A DNA stretch of 64,000 bases from Felis catus (taxonomy: Eukaryota). The stretch spans positions 158,412,001-158,476,000 of the forward strand of contig NC_058368.1 in the NCBI RefSeq assembly GCF_018350175.1, written 5' to 3'. Both the position numbers and the translations under genes were made by a program. Of the stretch, positions 12,921 to 25,960 are shown in pieces. The notes under the pieces are model-generated. The model saw only the letters and a list, made by a program, of their open reading frames with translations, made no database searches and was not told where the DNA came from. Every line of letters begins with the position of its first letter. Position 1 is the first letter of the stretch.

Positions 12921-13084
12921 CTTAAAAAAGCCCGGAGAATCTCCTAATTTAATCATGGTATATAAGTAAATGCTCAATATAGCTAATATTTCATGCCCAG
13001 AACAGAAAGAAGATAAGCAAGGAAATCAAAGTGAGAAAACAAAGAATGCCAACTTGGAATGCCAGCAATATGCCCACATCATCT

Positions 13085-13119
13085 TACACTTGATCTTAGC
13101 CAAAAGGCTGAGAAGCGAT
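13085..13119 (-). pseudogene. 3'-truncated U2 snRNA retropseudogene (nt 1-35)
   Basis: ATCGCTTCTCAGCCTTTTGGCTAAGATCAAGTGTA matches the U2 5' end with 1 mismatch. Degenerate 14-bp TSD at 13072-13085 and 13120-13133. Confidence 0.92.
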
Positions 13120-13271
13120 ACTCTCATCATCTTAAAACTTCCCTTTGTCCTTGGTTCATAGGCACACAGAAATCAAACAGAATCCATCATAAAAGAATTC
13201 TAAGAAGCCTCTCTGAAGGTTGCTCCTTCAAAATACATTACTAGCTGCTACACTTACAAATGAAAAAGGTG

Positions 13272-13456
13272 AGGGCACCTAGGTGACTCATTCTGTTAAG
13301 CGTCCAACTCTTGATTTCGGCTCAGGTCATGATCTCGTGGTTCCAGTCAGGCTGGAGTATGGAGCCTGCTCGGATAGTCTCTCTCTCCCTCTTTCTCTGC
13401 CCCTCCCCTGCTCACTCTCTCTCTCAAAATAAATACATAAACGTTAAAAAAATAAA
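13272..13456 (+). mobile_element. CAN-SINE
   Basis: Head, CT tract, A-tail. Confidence 0.85.
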
Positions 13457-13671
13457 ACCAGTGATAAAGGTGAAACCCATGTTAGACTAGTGCCATACCT
13501 GCTGCCCTCATCCACACAAATGTGCACCATGGGCAGCAGACATGTTTTAGTCATCTCTTTCCCCTGCAGTGATTAACACAGGACCTGGCTTATTAGACAT
13601 CAGATGTTTGCTGAATCGGATCTGTGGGCCACACAGGAGCATTCTTCCTGTCCCTTGTAGGCTGTACTCAG

Positions 13672-13858
13672 ACTCTGTTCCACATGGGCTAAAAGCTCCT
13701 CAGAGACACAGAGCATGAGCACACCAGTGGGCCACGCTCCAGCTTCACATTCCAACAAGATGCTCTTCTGCAAGTGCATGTTGAGTCCAGGGAACAGTTC
13801 AGTTGGATAGACTGCTGCCTCAAGCTTCCATACTGTTTGTTCTGGGATACTAAATTGG
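13672..13858 (-). pseudogene. Fossil gene: Cys-rich SEA-like exon (donor apparently mutated to ctgagt)
   Basis: cccttttgattcag|NLVSQNKQYGSLRQQSIQLNCSLDSTCTCRRASCWNVKLERGPLVCSCSVSLRSF*; 55 open codons. Confidence 0.55.
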
Positions 13859-14422
13859 CTGAATCAAAAGGGATCTTCTCCTCTGTGGGTACAGTGTTCC
13901 CTACTCATATCTTTCGAGAATGGACACATCCTATGTCTCAATGTCAATCTGGCTGCATGGCAACATGGCAAATGCCCTACACAGAGCTGGAGGGCTAGAT
14001 CCCCACCATGATCTTTCCAGTAGTCACCATTAAGTCACTTAACCTCATTGAGCTTTAATCTTCCCGTCTGCAAAATGAAATAACACATGCCCTGATTTAT
14101 GCACTGAATTGTTCTGAGGATCAATGGCATAATATATATAAAAGTGATTTCTCAACTATAAAGCAAACTTAATAAATGTAAGTGGTATTATTGGTGGTAT
14201 TTTTGATACTTTCAATTTTCTTTTTGCTGGTTTGACTCTGACCTAATGATCTCAGCCTCATAAAGTCAGTGAGGTTAAGAGGGCTGTGTTATTGTTTGAG
14301 AGGGTTTTCACACGTGAACTTTGAAATACAGTCCAAATGGTGTAAAAGTGTGACCAACATATTGCCTTCCCTGAGCAGTTCAGTACCTTGACTAAGAATG
14401 GCATTCCATGTGTGTGATTTAC

Positions 14423-14463
14423 CATCATGTTGACATATATAACAGCTCCAAAATATATATTAT
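14423..14463 (-). pseudogene. Fossil gene: short exon
   Basis: catatttatag|DNIYFGAVIYVNMM|gtaaat. Confidence 0.4.
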
Positions 14464-15272
14464 CTATAAATATGACAACATTTCATATGTCCTAATTATA
14501 ATGTAACACTGAATTGGTAGTTGCAGTGGTATTAGGGTGGATCTACGGAAGAGAAGAAACAGATATATAGTCACTCAACCAACTTATTGAGTAACTACTG
14601 AGTGCCACGCACATTACGTTAGATACTGAGACTACAGCACTGAGCAAAACAGACACAGTCCCCACCCTGATGACATTACTATATGGCAAGCCACTCTAGT
14701 CTAGGCATCAAGGGAGATTCCTCCAGTAAAAGTCAGTTCATGGAAGGCTTCCATGTATGGAATCCAGAGAGGTAGACTAAAGGGGAGAGGTGGAATAATA
14801 GGGGCAGGTGGAAGAGTCTATGGGACCTGTGTCATTTGGTGGCTATTTATTGTCTTTGTAATAATTATCTCACATTTTCAGCCTCACTGCCCCAAAGAAG
14901 ACAGACTCAAATTCCCAGCCTCCCTTACAGCTAGGTTGCTGTGCTAATGTAATGCACTAATATAGGACTTTGATTCAGAAGTGAGCAGGACAGGTAACCA
15001 GACTTCATGTAGACTTTTTTTTTTTTAATAGTGTAGACAGAGATAGCTGCCTATTTATGGAACAGAGCAATCATTGTAAGGTCATGAATCTGATGTGATA
15101 CTGTGGTTAAATTGTAGGTGTTGTCCTCCCCAAAGTTTATAAATCTATTTCTACAGCTCTCCTAAAAATTATTTGAACTGTCAAAAATCGTTTAACAAAT
15201 TCTATAAATAATGCATCTAATCATTTCACAGCAAAACAGGTATGAGAAAGAGCCCAGGACCATGAGACCTAC

Positions 15273-15386
15273 CAGTCTTAATTATCTCCTGCAGCATCCA
15301 AAAGTGGGTGGCATCAGTGTGAGTTTTCTTTGCTGACATCTTGATGTCACAAGATAACAAACACATGAACACTTCAGCAAGGCAAT
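15273..15386 (-). pseudogene. Fossil gene: exon
   Basis: ttgcag|DCLAEVFMCLLSCDIKMSAKKTHTDATHFWMLQEIIKT G|gtaggt; open, phase 1->1. Confidence 0.5.
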
Positions 15387-15910
15387 CTGCAACTAACACT
15401 CAGGCAAAACAAAGAACTCTCATAGGAAGAATTTCTGGAGAGTAGTATCCCCAATGGATCTGAATGCACATTAGGCAAAAATCTAAGTGGCTTTTGACTA
15501 ATGCTTGCTGATTCTCATTTAAAAAATTCATGGTGATATCCTTAAAGTCCATAAGCAGCTCCGAAGATACTGGAAAATGTTTCCAAAAGGCTTAATCAGG
15601 TTTGGCAATGTTCCCTCTTACCCTGCTACTAACATGGTCACTATCATTAATAGAAATGACTCATACATGTTGAACACTTATTATATGCCAGGCCCCATCA
15701 CACTTGATCCTAGCTACAATCCTTCAAGGGAGGTACTTTAATTATCCCCATCTTACAAACTGAGGCAACAGAAACTGAGCAACAGACTGAAGTAAGTGCA
15801 TGACCCAGCATATGAACGCAGGCTGTATGACTCCAAAGCCCATGTGCTCAGCACTCTACTAAGATAGTAGTGGAGAGGAAATGTCCTTTTGGAAATTCTT
15901 TTGCATGTAC

Positions 15911-16036
15911 CCAGCAGTCATTTTGCTCAGTACTTCCTGTGATCAAGATACACTTGCAGTTTAAAGCCTCCCAATATCTTTTTTGTTCTAATATAACTTG
16001 TATGATCTGTGGACTTACATACAGTGTACTTCTTGG
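15911..16036 (-). pseudogene. Fossil gene: exon (end uncertain; internal gtaagt after 18 nt)
   Basis: ttttttgttcaag|PRSTLYVSPQIIQVILEQKRYWEALNCKCILITGSTEQNDCW|gtacat; open. Confidence 0.4.
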
Positions 16037-16194
16037 CTTGAACAAAAAAATTATTCCCATAAATATGGAACTATATCAATCTTTATAAAAGGTACTCAGT
16101 ACTATGAAGTTCTATAGTTAACAAGACATTGTCATACAAATGCTGTGTCTCAATAAAAAGTAAACACTTAAAATAAGTAAACAAATAAACTTGC

Positions 16195-16251
16195 CTTCTA
16201 ATTAAGGTAATTGAGGCTGCTGGTCAGAGTCAAGGTGCCCTGGGAATCAGG
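16195..16251 (-). pseudogene. Fossil gene: exon (cadherin-like G.L.L...LNY motif)
   Basis: gcttggtttag|PDSQGTLTLTSSLNYLN*K|gcaagt (GC donor); phase 0->0. Confidence 0.5.
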
Positions 16252-17887
16252 CTAAACCAAGCACACAGACAATCAAAAGGCAGCTATTAGCAAGTATCTT
16301 AGTGTATGACATGCAACCATAGGATTTGGAACTGTTAACAGAAATCCCCTGAAATTTAACTTGATATGAACAAGGGACATCAAAAAACTCCGTCATAATC
16401 TGGTGAATGGTTGACTTTTTAGTAGCTAATGAATTCTAAGGAATTCTTTTGTTTCATTTTAAGCTAGTCTTTTCCTGATGGCAACAGGGCCACCTTCTCT
16501 GAAGCCACCACATATTAACTTCATGTCCAACCTCATTCTAAGAAGGACCTGAAGCAAACGAGATATTAAATAAGAATTCTCCTCACGAGACTGTCCCTGA
16601 GCGACTCTCTAGTCCCATGCGCAAGAAAAAGTTTCATTTTGACCCTTCCTATCTCCCTGCCTCCTGTCCCAAACTGCCTTGGACATTTCAGAGCTGCCTC
16701 TCTTACCCTCCCCTGTATCCGGTCAAGCACAAATGCCACATTAACTAACACTCCTTGCAACCTTGGGATTCACTTAATTTTTTTAAATATTTCTTTTTTC
16801 AAGAAATATTTAAATATTTCTTTTTTCAAGACCCACCTGCACTATGACCACAAGTCTCTGTTCTCTAAGCACACCATTTTGCCTTAATTTTGCTTCTACC
16901 TTCTTATTCACTACATGCCTTCCTCAGGCTCCTCTCCTGAGTCGCCAGGGTTTCCCCAGGCAGATCTCACCCTCCACACATCCTCACCCAGTCATGCTTT
17001 GTCAGCCCCAGATCCTCTATACTACAGCCACTGCCCATTCAAAGGACCCGCTCTTTTCCCTTCAACCACTACCAGCCTCTTCACAGTTCATTGCCCTGTG
17101 CCACCAGATACCCAGGGCCCCTCTGGCCTCACCTCTGGTGCTGTCCTTCTGCTGTTGTCCTCATCTTCCTGGGACCTGCCCACCAGCCCCACATCCTTAT
17201 CTCTGTCTTGATCTTGCATTTCTAAGGTCTTTTTTTTTTTTCTGTGAGTCTTTCTCTTTGGAGTCATGGAATTCTCTACTTTTTGCACTTATCTTTTTTT
17301 TTTTAATTTGTCTCTTTCTTAAATGCATCTATTTCAGTTTTAAAAAGAGAGGCATGATGAAAAAAATATTAAGTAAATAATAGTTCAGGCAGTCAAAGAA
17401 TGTGGAAAAACAATAAAGAGGGTCCTTGCATGATTATTGTTGAGATACTAAGCCTATTTCATTAGTGCTCATAAAAATATAATAAGGTGGACAGGGTTTT
17501 TTGGTGTGTTTTTTTTTGTTTGTTTCTTTGCTTGTTTGTTTTTTGTTTTTAAAGAGTGGACAGTTGTTATCTACAGTTTCCAGAGAAGGAATTTGAGGCC
17601 AAGAGAGGTAATTCACATCACATAGATCATAAATGATAGAACTAAAATTTGTATCTAAAGCTGTTTGATGCCAAAGTTCACTCTATTAGGTGCCACTCTA
17701 CCTTAGCACCTATATAAGCCAATTCCATACAGTACTGTAGAACTTAGGAAATGTGGAATAGAATTCTTGAACTTCAGGATTCAAATTACGATTCTCCCAA
17801 CCTGCTCACCACTGTGGAATGCACTGAAAAGTTCATTGACCACATTTCCAACACCAGTGTTGTCTGTGCATATTAAAAATAAGCATC

Positions 17888-18090
17888 GGGGCGCCTGGGT
17901 GGCGCAGTCGGTTGAGCGTCCGACTTCAGCCAGGTCACGATCTCACGGTCCGTGAGTTCGAGCCCCGTGTCAGGCTCTGGGCTGATGGCTCAGAGCCTGG
18001 AGCCTGTTTCCCATTCTGTGTCTCCCTCTCTCTCTGCCCCTCCCCCGTTCATGCTCTGTCTCTCTCTGTCCCAAAAATAAATAAACGTTA
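17888..18090 (+). mobile_element. Young Felis-type CAN-SINE
   Basis: GGGGCGCCTGGGTGGCGCAGTCGG head; TSD AAAAATAAGCATC. Confidence 0.93.
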
Positions 18091-18729
18091 AAAATAAGCA
18101 TCAAATCTTGTCCTGCTCCAATCCATCCAATGGCAGTCAGAATCATATTCTCAAACCGTGAATTGGATGATGTCATGTCCTTGCTCAGTACCCTCCCTCT
18201 AGTGGTTTTCCAATGTACTTAAGAAAAAACCCTATAAGGAATATTTTGTGGACTCCTCCCCAAAGCCAAACTTCCACAGGTTCCTTGTGCCTCCTTCAGC
18301 ATCTCACTCCTCTGTCATTTCCTCATTTTTCCCTTGTTCAACAGCATTTCAAGTGTCTTCTACTATAACAAAAGCTCTTCTTTAACTTCTTTCCCCTCCC
18401 TGTCTCTCTTTTTCCTCTTAAAGGACGGTCTACATACTCCAGTAGCTGTTTTCCCCCCATTAACCACATAGATACTCTCTTTGCTCTTTGTAGCACAGTT
18501 TCAGCCTTTACCTTCTTCTCCTGAAGCCAAGCCATCTCTTAACAGTGTAATCTAAGTCACCTAAGCAATCCAATGTGTCTCTCCTTTTTTGACTTCTGTG
18601 TCATGTTCTTGGGATCTTCCTTTGTCCCTGACCTCTCCAGTTCTCTTTTACTTTCCTTGTCCTCCAAATGTCCCTTCCTCTTCCTGATCTGTATTTTTCT
18701 CTTAGCAGACACATCCACTGTAATGACTT

Positions 18730-18857
18730 TAACATTTTTTTTAAGTAGCTTCCACACCTAGCTCAGAGCCCAGTATAGAACTTGAATTCAGGTTGAGATC
18801 AAGACCTGAGCTGAAATCAGAATCAGACGCTTAACCCACTGAGCCGCCCAGGAGCCC
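18730..18857 (-). mobile_element. CAN-SINE (short)
   Basis: Reverse head. Confidence 0.75.
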
Positions 18858-19393
18858 TGACTTGGTCACTTTTTATGACTGCCAACTCTGAATTTTTCAT
18901 GTATTCCTGTTCACACTTCTAACACCCACTGATTTCTATGTGGAAATCCTTACCAGTCTTAAAGCCACATATAACTAAGCTTCCATCACACCTGCCATGC
19001 CTCTCTAGTGCAAACCCCTGATTCTAAGCAGGCAACTTAGAAATCTCACCTCTTAAAAAAAATCCTATCACTTTGCACATTTAATATCACTTCTTCATGT
19101 ACCCTCTACCTCCTTTCCAAATTTTCATAATTCTTTAAGACCCAGTTTATATTCTATCTCCTCCTAAAGACTGCCTTGACCACAGGTATACTGTAAATTC
19201 TATACTATAAATCCCTAAGGGCAGAGGCCATTGTTTCGATAACACAGCATTTCTCATTGTATTCATCTCCACCTCCTCTCCCCAAATTCCAACACTTACT
19301 AAACTTTCAATAATGTTTTTTGAAATGAAGGAAGGAGGACTTCAAATATTTGCACAGATAGAGAAGAAAATGTAATCTTGGCATACTTCTTAC

Positions 19394-19464
19394 TTCTGCT
19401 GAAAATATTTGCAGAGTCACAATATGTAAGTGTACTGATTGATTTTCAACCCTTTGGAACTGAC
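19394..19464 (-). pseudogene. Fossil gene: exon
   Basis: tcttctgctttttccttatag|..GAA|gtaaga; the phase 1->0 frame is open. Confidence 0.5.
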
Positions 19465-21689
19465 CTATAAGGAAAAAGCAGAAGATTTAAATATAAGAAT
19501 ATAAGTATATGATAAACTGTCAATGTTATATGTCTTAATGCTGTAAAAGTGAAGCTCTAGTTGATAAACAGTGGAAGTAGGGAGCAGAGAAGGGGGGACG
19601 CTTGGGATGCAATACTCTCATGTGGAAGGCAATGGGTCTTCATGGGTTTGGATTTAGACTGCCTAGTCCCTCTGCTACCTTACTGGCCTTGTGACATTAA
19701 GCAAGGCATCCCCTACCCCCTCTGTTTTACTTTTCTTATTTGTAAATTAGTAATGATACCTCATAGGGCTGCTATAAGGATTAAATAAGATAATTCATGC
19801 GATACACTTAGAACAGTGTCTGGCACAGAGTAAATATCCAGTAGATTTTGGTCATTGCTATCTTACAAATTTGAGCATAAAGAGACAATGTCTGAAGTTG
19901 ATAGAATCAGAAACCAAGGTTTATGTGTATTGCATAAAAATATAAAGATAACAGAGGAAATAAAAATAATAAAACTTGGAGGAGGAGAGGAAAATGGGGA
20001 AAGTAGAAATGAACCAAATCTTCAAATTTCAAACCAGGGAGTCAAAGACCTTATTCTAAGATATAGTGGCCCCAAATATTATTTAGAATTAGGGAAATAA
20101 CCATCAGTAATTAAAAGAGAAAAGCTTACAAATGATTGCTTCTGGGAAGTGTGACTGGAAGTAGGAAGGAGTAGAAAGAGGTTCTGTTGCTTTTCACTGT
20201 AATTTTTCTAGTATTTGATTTTTTACTGGCCATATATTATTGTGATTTTTATAAGACATAAACATGCATACCCATATGCGTATTTGCATTTACATGGACA
20301 CAAGATGCTTCAAACAAGGGCAAGAGTTGTTTCACTCCCTGGTAGCATCTAACATGGCACTTTGCCAAAATGTATACATAGATAAACATCTGTTAAACAA
20401 ACAATGCTGCCTCACTCACTGCTACCTTCCAAAACAAGACTGCCTTACTGTTAGCAGAGTAGCTGAGCTGAAAGTTATTGAACTTACACTAAATATATCA
20501 AACCCATGTGTCTTTATTTCTAATTTTCCTTTAGATTAGGAAACAGGTGCTTCCTTCTTCACTAAACGTAACACTCAAGAAAACCACTCCAATGAACCAC
20601 TTCAAGGGAAGTGAATGTCCATTGAAAATGATGTTTTTCTCAGTACAGAAGAAACGATAGTGGGAAAGGCTCATATTTACTTTCCTTCTCTTTGTATCCA
20701 CCAGGTTGGTATAAATTGCACAGAAATATTCTATCACATAATAAACAGAAATCATATTTCAGCTGTGGTAGAAGAGTCTAAGGTTATTTTTCACAACATA
20801 AAATACTTTTCACAAAATAAAATTTTAAACCAAATTTTAGAGATAAATCAATTATAAATGAGACTTGTGTAAACCCTTGGAGGCATACAATGCTTTGAAA
20901 AGGAATTCTCCCTCTCAGTCAACTCTACTATGCCCAATAGTTTGGATTTGGATTTCTTGAAGATGCAAATTCAAACATAATTCCCTTAGAATATTGGAAA
21001 GATTTGATAGGTTGAACAAGGGAACAATATGAGGTTTTTTTAAGTGACTTAGATATAGGTTAAAACTATAAAATTATCTTCTTAGAAATTTGTAGAATTG
21101 CATGTATTCAGTAGGAAACTTCTTGATAGATATATGCAAATCTAAGCTTGTAATCTGAAAGACACTTGGGAATTGAGCAGAGAGCTAAAAACATTAAGAA
21201 CAAATGTGCAAGAGACAAACATATAAGCATGTCACACAGTGCCAAGGACCAAGACAGAGGTAGATAGGCAGTATCAGAGAACCAAAAGGATTTTGCCCCA
21301 TTCCTCCCAGATGCCTACCTCCGGCACTGATCCTAGAAAAGATCCAGAAAAAATAAAGGAGGTTGAAAATGAAGGGGAGAGGGGGAGGTGCACGGAGCTG
21401 TTCCGTATCTCAACCCTCATTGACTAGTGTCCATTTGATAAACCTGGTTGCACAACAAAGAAAAAAAGGAGGAAAGAGGGGAGAAAACTGAAATATCTTT
21501 TCTTTGGCTAATTTTTTTAATGACAAAAAAATACTTTGGGGCTAAAAATAAAAAAATATCCCTCTGGGGAAGAAAAAGAACAAATCCTGGATTAAAGCTA
21601 GTATTTTATTTTAGTTTACCTTCTGTGCTCTCTTTCTAGACATTTCTAAGGTTTTTTAGTCAATAATTAACAGGTGTGAATAATACTAC

Positions 21690-21861
21690 CGGTTCTATGA
21701 GGATCTGATCCCTGACAGGACACTGACTTCTTTCCCCTTCAATTGATATGTGACCTCTTTGATCCTCCTTGTATCTTCTATATGAGTGGAATGCTTATCC
21801 AAATAATGGGAAAGGCTTCTGAATATTTAAAAAAAAATTATTTCAATGTTTATTTATTTTT

Positions 21862-21895
<34 letters not shown>

Positions 21896-22032
21896 CACAG
21901 AATCTGAAGCAGGCTCCAAACTGTCAGCACGGAGCACAATGTGGGGCTCGAATTCAAGAACTGAGAGATCATGTCCTGAGCCAAAGTCGGACATTTAACT
22001 GACTGAGCCACCCAGGTGCCCCTCTGAATATT
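21690..22032 (-). pseudogene. Fossil gene: exon interrupted by a CAN-SINE after its first 10 nt
   Basis: cttttcctctgtttataag acceptor; NIQKPFPLF../HIEDTRRIKEVTYQLKGKEV; gtagta donor. Confidence 0.5.
21828..22022 (-). mobile_element. CAN-SINE inside a fossil exon
   Basis: TSD TCTGAATATT at 21818-21827 and 22023-22032. Confidence 0.9.
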
Positions 22033-22102
22033 CTTATAAACAGAGGAAAAGCACTCAAGGTCTGCATCTCGTTGAAAATTTTCTATTTAAAAAATGTGAT
22101 TA

Positions 22103-22340
22103 GGGACACCTGGGTGGCTCAGTGAGTTAAGCATCCGACTTTGGCTCAGGTCATGATCTTGGGGTCCCTGGGTTCAAGCTCCGCGTAGGGCTCTGTGCTG
22201 ACAGCTCAGCGCCTGGAGCCTGCTTTAGATGTTGTGTCTTCCTCTCTCTCTGCCCTTCCCCCACTGACACTCTGTCTCTTAAAAAATGAATAAATGTTAA
22301 AAAAAAGTAAAAAATAAAATAAAATAAATTTAAAAAAATA
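22103..22340 (+). mobile_element. CAN-SINE
   Basis: TSD AAAAATGTGATTA. Confidence 0.9.
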
Positions 22341-22611
22341 AAAATGTGATTAACTTTAAAACACCAACCAGTACGGGTTTAGACGGGAGTCTAACTAGTC
22401 AATTTCTAATATTCCCACTGATACAATGAAGGCTAAATACCTCCAAAGCATAGTTATCCAAGTATCCAAATTTGATTTATTGGAATCGTATGAGTTTTGA
22501 CCCCTAGTCCTCAACTTAACATATCAGAAATCCAAATATATATATAAATCTGATTATCTTAAGTCTGGTTAGTGCATTAGTCTAATTGCTTTTTGGCGTG
22601 TGTTAATTTAC

Positions 22612-22715
22612 CACAAGAAGTATGTCTGCATAAAGGGTCAGTGCTAGGACAAATGATTTTCTGCAGTTACATGTGTCACCACTAGATGAGGCTACCACTG
22701 CTTTTGCTCTCTTGT
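22612..22715 (-). pseudogene. Fossil gene: exon
   Basis: atttctctcaag|DKRAKAVVASSSGDTCNCRKSFVLALTLYADILLV|gtaaat; open, phase 1->0. Confidence 0.5.
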
Positions 22716-22928
22716 CTTGAGAGAAATCATTGGCTACTAGATGACAATGAGGTGGAATTTTAAATCCTAGGGTTACTCTAAGTTTCCTTGCTTTGAGGAA
22801 AAGGTGACCCATCTATTTTGATAATTTCAATAAAATTCAGAGAGCTAAGTGTTAAAGTACTCATAAATGCCCTTAAAACTATAATCCATGACTTCTTTAG
22901 TTGGTAACTGTTTATTTTTAAAACATAC

Positions 22929-23025
22929 CTATCATCGCCTGCTGCGCACTGACTTTTGTACCAGTTGTTAGCTTGAGGGAGGTACAAACATAGGACATCC
23001 ATGGAAAGAAAAGCCTCTATTTCTT
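22929..23025 (-). pseudogene. Fossil gene: exon (cadherin-like start)
   Basis: aatttttatcttag|...AG|gtatgt. One frame is fully open; another gives SLKLTTGTKVSAQQAMI-D. Confidence 0.55.
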
Positions 23026-23793
23026 CTAAGATAAAAATTGGGAAGTAGCTTACTAAATACATTTTTACAAGTATAACCATGAGCCCCCCCATTTTTACAT
23101 AGTTTATAGATTTATTAGTGGGTAACAGGTAGATCCAGGATTTCCACAGATGAGAGTCACAGGAACAACAATCTAGCAGGAGGAAGGAGGTGGGGGTGGG
23201 GCTTGTTAGTAGCTACATTTTTATATAAAGAACATGACCAGGTGATTCTTTGGATTGTTCAAGGAGAAGGGGGTGGTGAGTGTTGGGTTAGAGAAGACTA
23301 ACCATGAGCAGAGTTATAACTACTCAGTCTTCTGACCATCAACTTTGTGCAGCTACTGTAAGGGGATCAGATATCTTAGCTGGATTGAAACAGTTCTGGT
23401 AAATGAGGGAGGTATCCAGGCAAAAGCTCTAGTAAGACCCTTTCTGAAGCTTAAGGAAGTCAATGGGGGAGGGGGTGGGGGGGACACTAGGGTAGATGAG
23501 AGGGTCCTCTAATTGCAACAATGGTACACGATGTAACCGGACCAGTGCTCACAGTGAAGACCACTGTAAACACTGACAAAATACAAAAACATCCTCTTTA
23601 AAGCCTCAAAGACTAAGAGTTACCGAACCAAGATTCTAGAGGGGATGGAAATCCAAGAGGCATTTAAGGATTCTTTTTCACCAGAGGCATTTACAGGTTT
23701 GGAAAAAAAGAAACTGAGAGGCTGAGCTAAGATTTTGACAGCCTCACAGGACCAAGGGAGGCAAAATCTGAGTCCAAGATCTGCTGAGCATAA

Positions 23794-24276
23794 TGAGAAA
23801 GAGAAAAGCAGTCCCTGCTATCCTGGTACTCAAAGCCAGGACTAGGTGTTGACCTGTTAAACACAAACAATTTCACAGACCATCATCAGACATACCCACT
23901 CCATGGTTATGATGGTCGAAGACCAAAAAAGGCTAACTTCATAATCACGTTTGAACACAGGCAAAACATAAACATTGTCACCACAAAAATTGCCAAACAC
24001 CTCCATACCCTGACCAATAGGAGTGACTGCTGTTTCTTTACAAATTACAGCCTTAGCCTTGATCTAATCTCCCCTCCTTGTTAAGATACCCAGTTACAGA
24101 ATTACCACCACCCTTGAGATCATCTAAACCAAACAGAGCCCGGCTTCCTTAAGCCTTCCTCAATCACCTGATACATCCTTTAATAGGTCCTTTCCAACAT
24201 TTTCCTTCTGAGACGCCCATGTTTCTCCATGGTGGGTGTTCCCCCTTGCTGCAATGAGTAAAAATTCAGCTTATTT
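23794..24276 (+). mobile_element. MER34-like ERV1 LTR, 3'-truncated, between old L1 5' fragments
   Basis: Starts TGAGAAAGAGAAAA; has gagtgactgct and ccttgctgcaatgagt motifs typical of MER34-type LTRs (recognised by eye). Confidence 0.65.
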
Positions 24277-25960
24277 AAAAAATTATTACTCACCTTTTTA
24301 CCTAGTTGGGCAGTGGCTATTTTTATCACTGTAATATTCTTGAGCTTTGTGCTAGGACCCAGTTAACTTACTTGAAAACAATTTGATCCTTTTGGATCTT
24401 TGAAGATTTGTGAGACAGGCCTGAAGCCATGCTTTATGTACGGCTTATTGCTCCTTCCTACTGAGGCAAGGCCCCTCTGGGTGTTCTATTTGTTGGCTTG
24501 TTGATCTTGAGGTTTTCCAATCAGACTGATGGATGCAGGCACTGTTTTCTGCCTTTGTGTGGGAGTCGGGTACCATTACCTCTAATCCTTTCCAGTGGTT
24601 CCATCTCTGACTTATGTATTTTCTGCATGCACATGTGCTGATTGGTGATCAGCTGAATATTCAAGGAGAACCTTCAGCAGATCTCTGAAGCACCTTCTCT
24701 CTCTCTCTCTTCGCATGTGTGTGTAGCTCTGTCCTCTCAGTATTTTTCCTATGAACTGGAGTTTCCTTGCTTTCCCATATTCTCAGCTGCATATCCTCAA
24801 GATAAAACATTGGCTGGGCTTTGCCCTGGGGGGGGGGGGGGTGTTTCTCCCTCCATGCACAGCTGTGTGGAATCCCACAGGGCAGTAAACTGGGACAATC
24901 GCACGGCTGACCTCATTTGTTTCCTTCTCTTCTGGGATTGACCACTGCCTCCAGTTACCGGATACTCTTTGCCTTGCAAACTGTGTTTAAGTGAGAGGAT
25001 AAATCCCAGTCCTTACTCTATCTTGGCCAGAGTGGAAGTTCTTGTAGACATTTAAGCTAAATCTTTAAATAATAGGAAGCCAAGCAATATGTTTTGTTTC
25101 AATCAGTTGTTTTTATCATTTGGAAGCATTAAAATTTCCTTTAAAATAAAGTATTTAAGAATATCAGAACCACTCTGGTTATTTGCAACCATTTTCCTGT
25201 TTGAAAATATGTCATCAGTTTTTTAGACAATATTTATTTAGAAAACAACAGAAACACCACCATTCTTCATTTGACAATTAAATAAAAAATTTTAATGAGG
25301 TACAATTTCAGTTGTCTGTCAGCTTTGCTTCATATTCTGTTCTGCTTTAACAATGTAAGATTTTTAGTGTTGCATTCTTCTGTTTTTGTTTTTAATAAAT
25401 GTTGTGGAAGGCATAGTAAAGATACCAGCTTTTGAAAAACCATCTTCCTGTCAATACAGATTCAAAATTCTGACATTAGCTGTTCTCCTTCTCTGCTGAA
25501 ACTGAATGAGCTTAAAGAAGCCACAGAACGTGTTTATTGGCTGAATGTCATCTCCCCACCCTCACCTCTCCCCACCCCTTCCATATTGTGCATAGGCCCT
25601 GGGTCTCTGTAGTATCAGAAACTTTCTTTTTTTTTTTTAATTAAAACTGTCAAGAGCATATTACAGACTCTTTATTAGAAAATAAACAGGGACATAACAA
25701 TAATTCTGTGAAGAGCTAGCTTTCAGTGGGTTTTTAGAGATCCTTTGGAAAAGAGATGCAAGGCAGAAAAGAGGAAGTAGTTTTCAAAACTGTAAGTTGG
25801 CTGGGTGTTCAGAGTGATAGCATCAAGCAGAGACAAAGGTACCTATCTATGTCAAGGGGAGGAGATTCAACAGCCACACTAGCCAAATGGGAGAAGGAGT
25901 TTCAGTAACATGTCCTCTGTCAGGAGGCTATATGTCAGTCTGTTTATCCTGAAATCTCAC

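Noticed and set aside
16844..17380. Longest ORF in the track (178 aa)
   Set aside because: Pyrimidine-rich, low-complexity old-repeat-like sequence with no recognisable domain or exon context.
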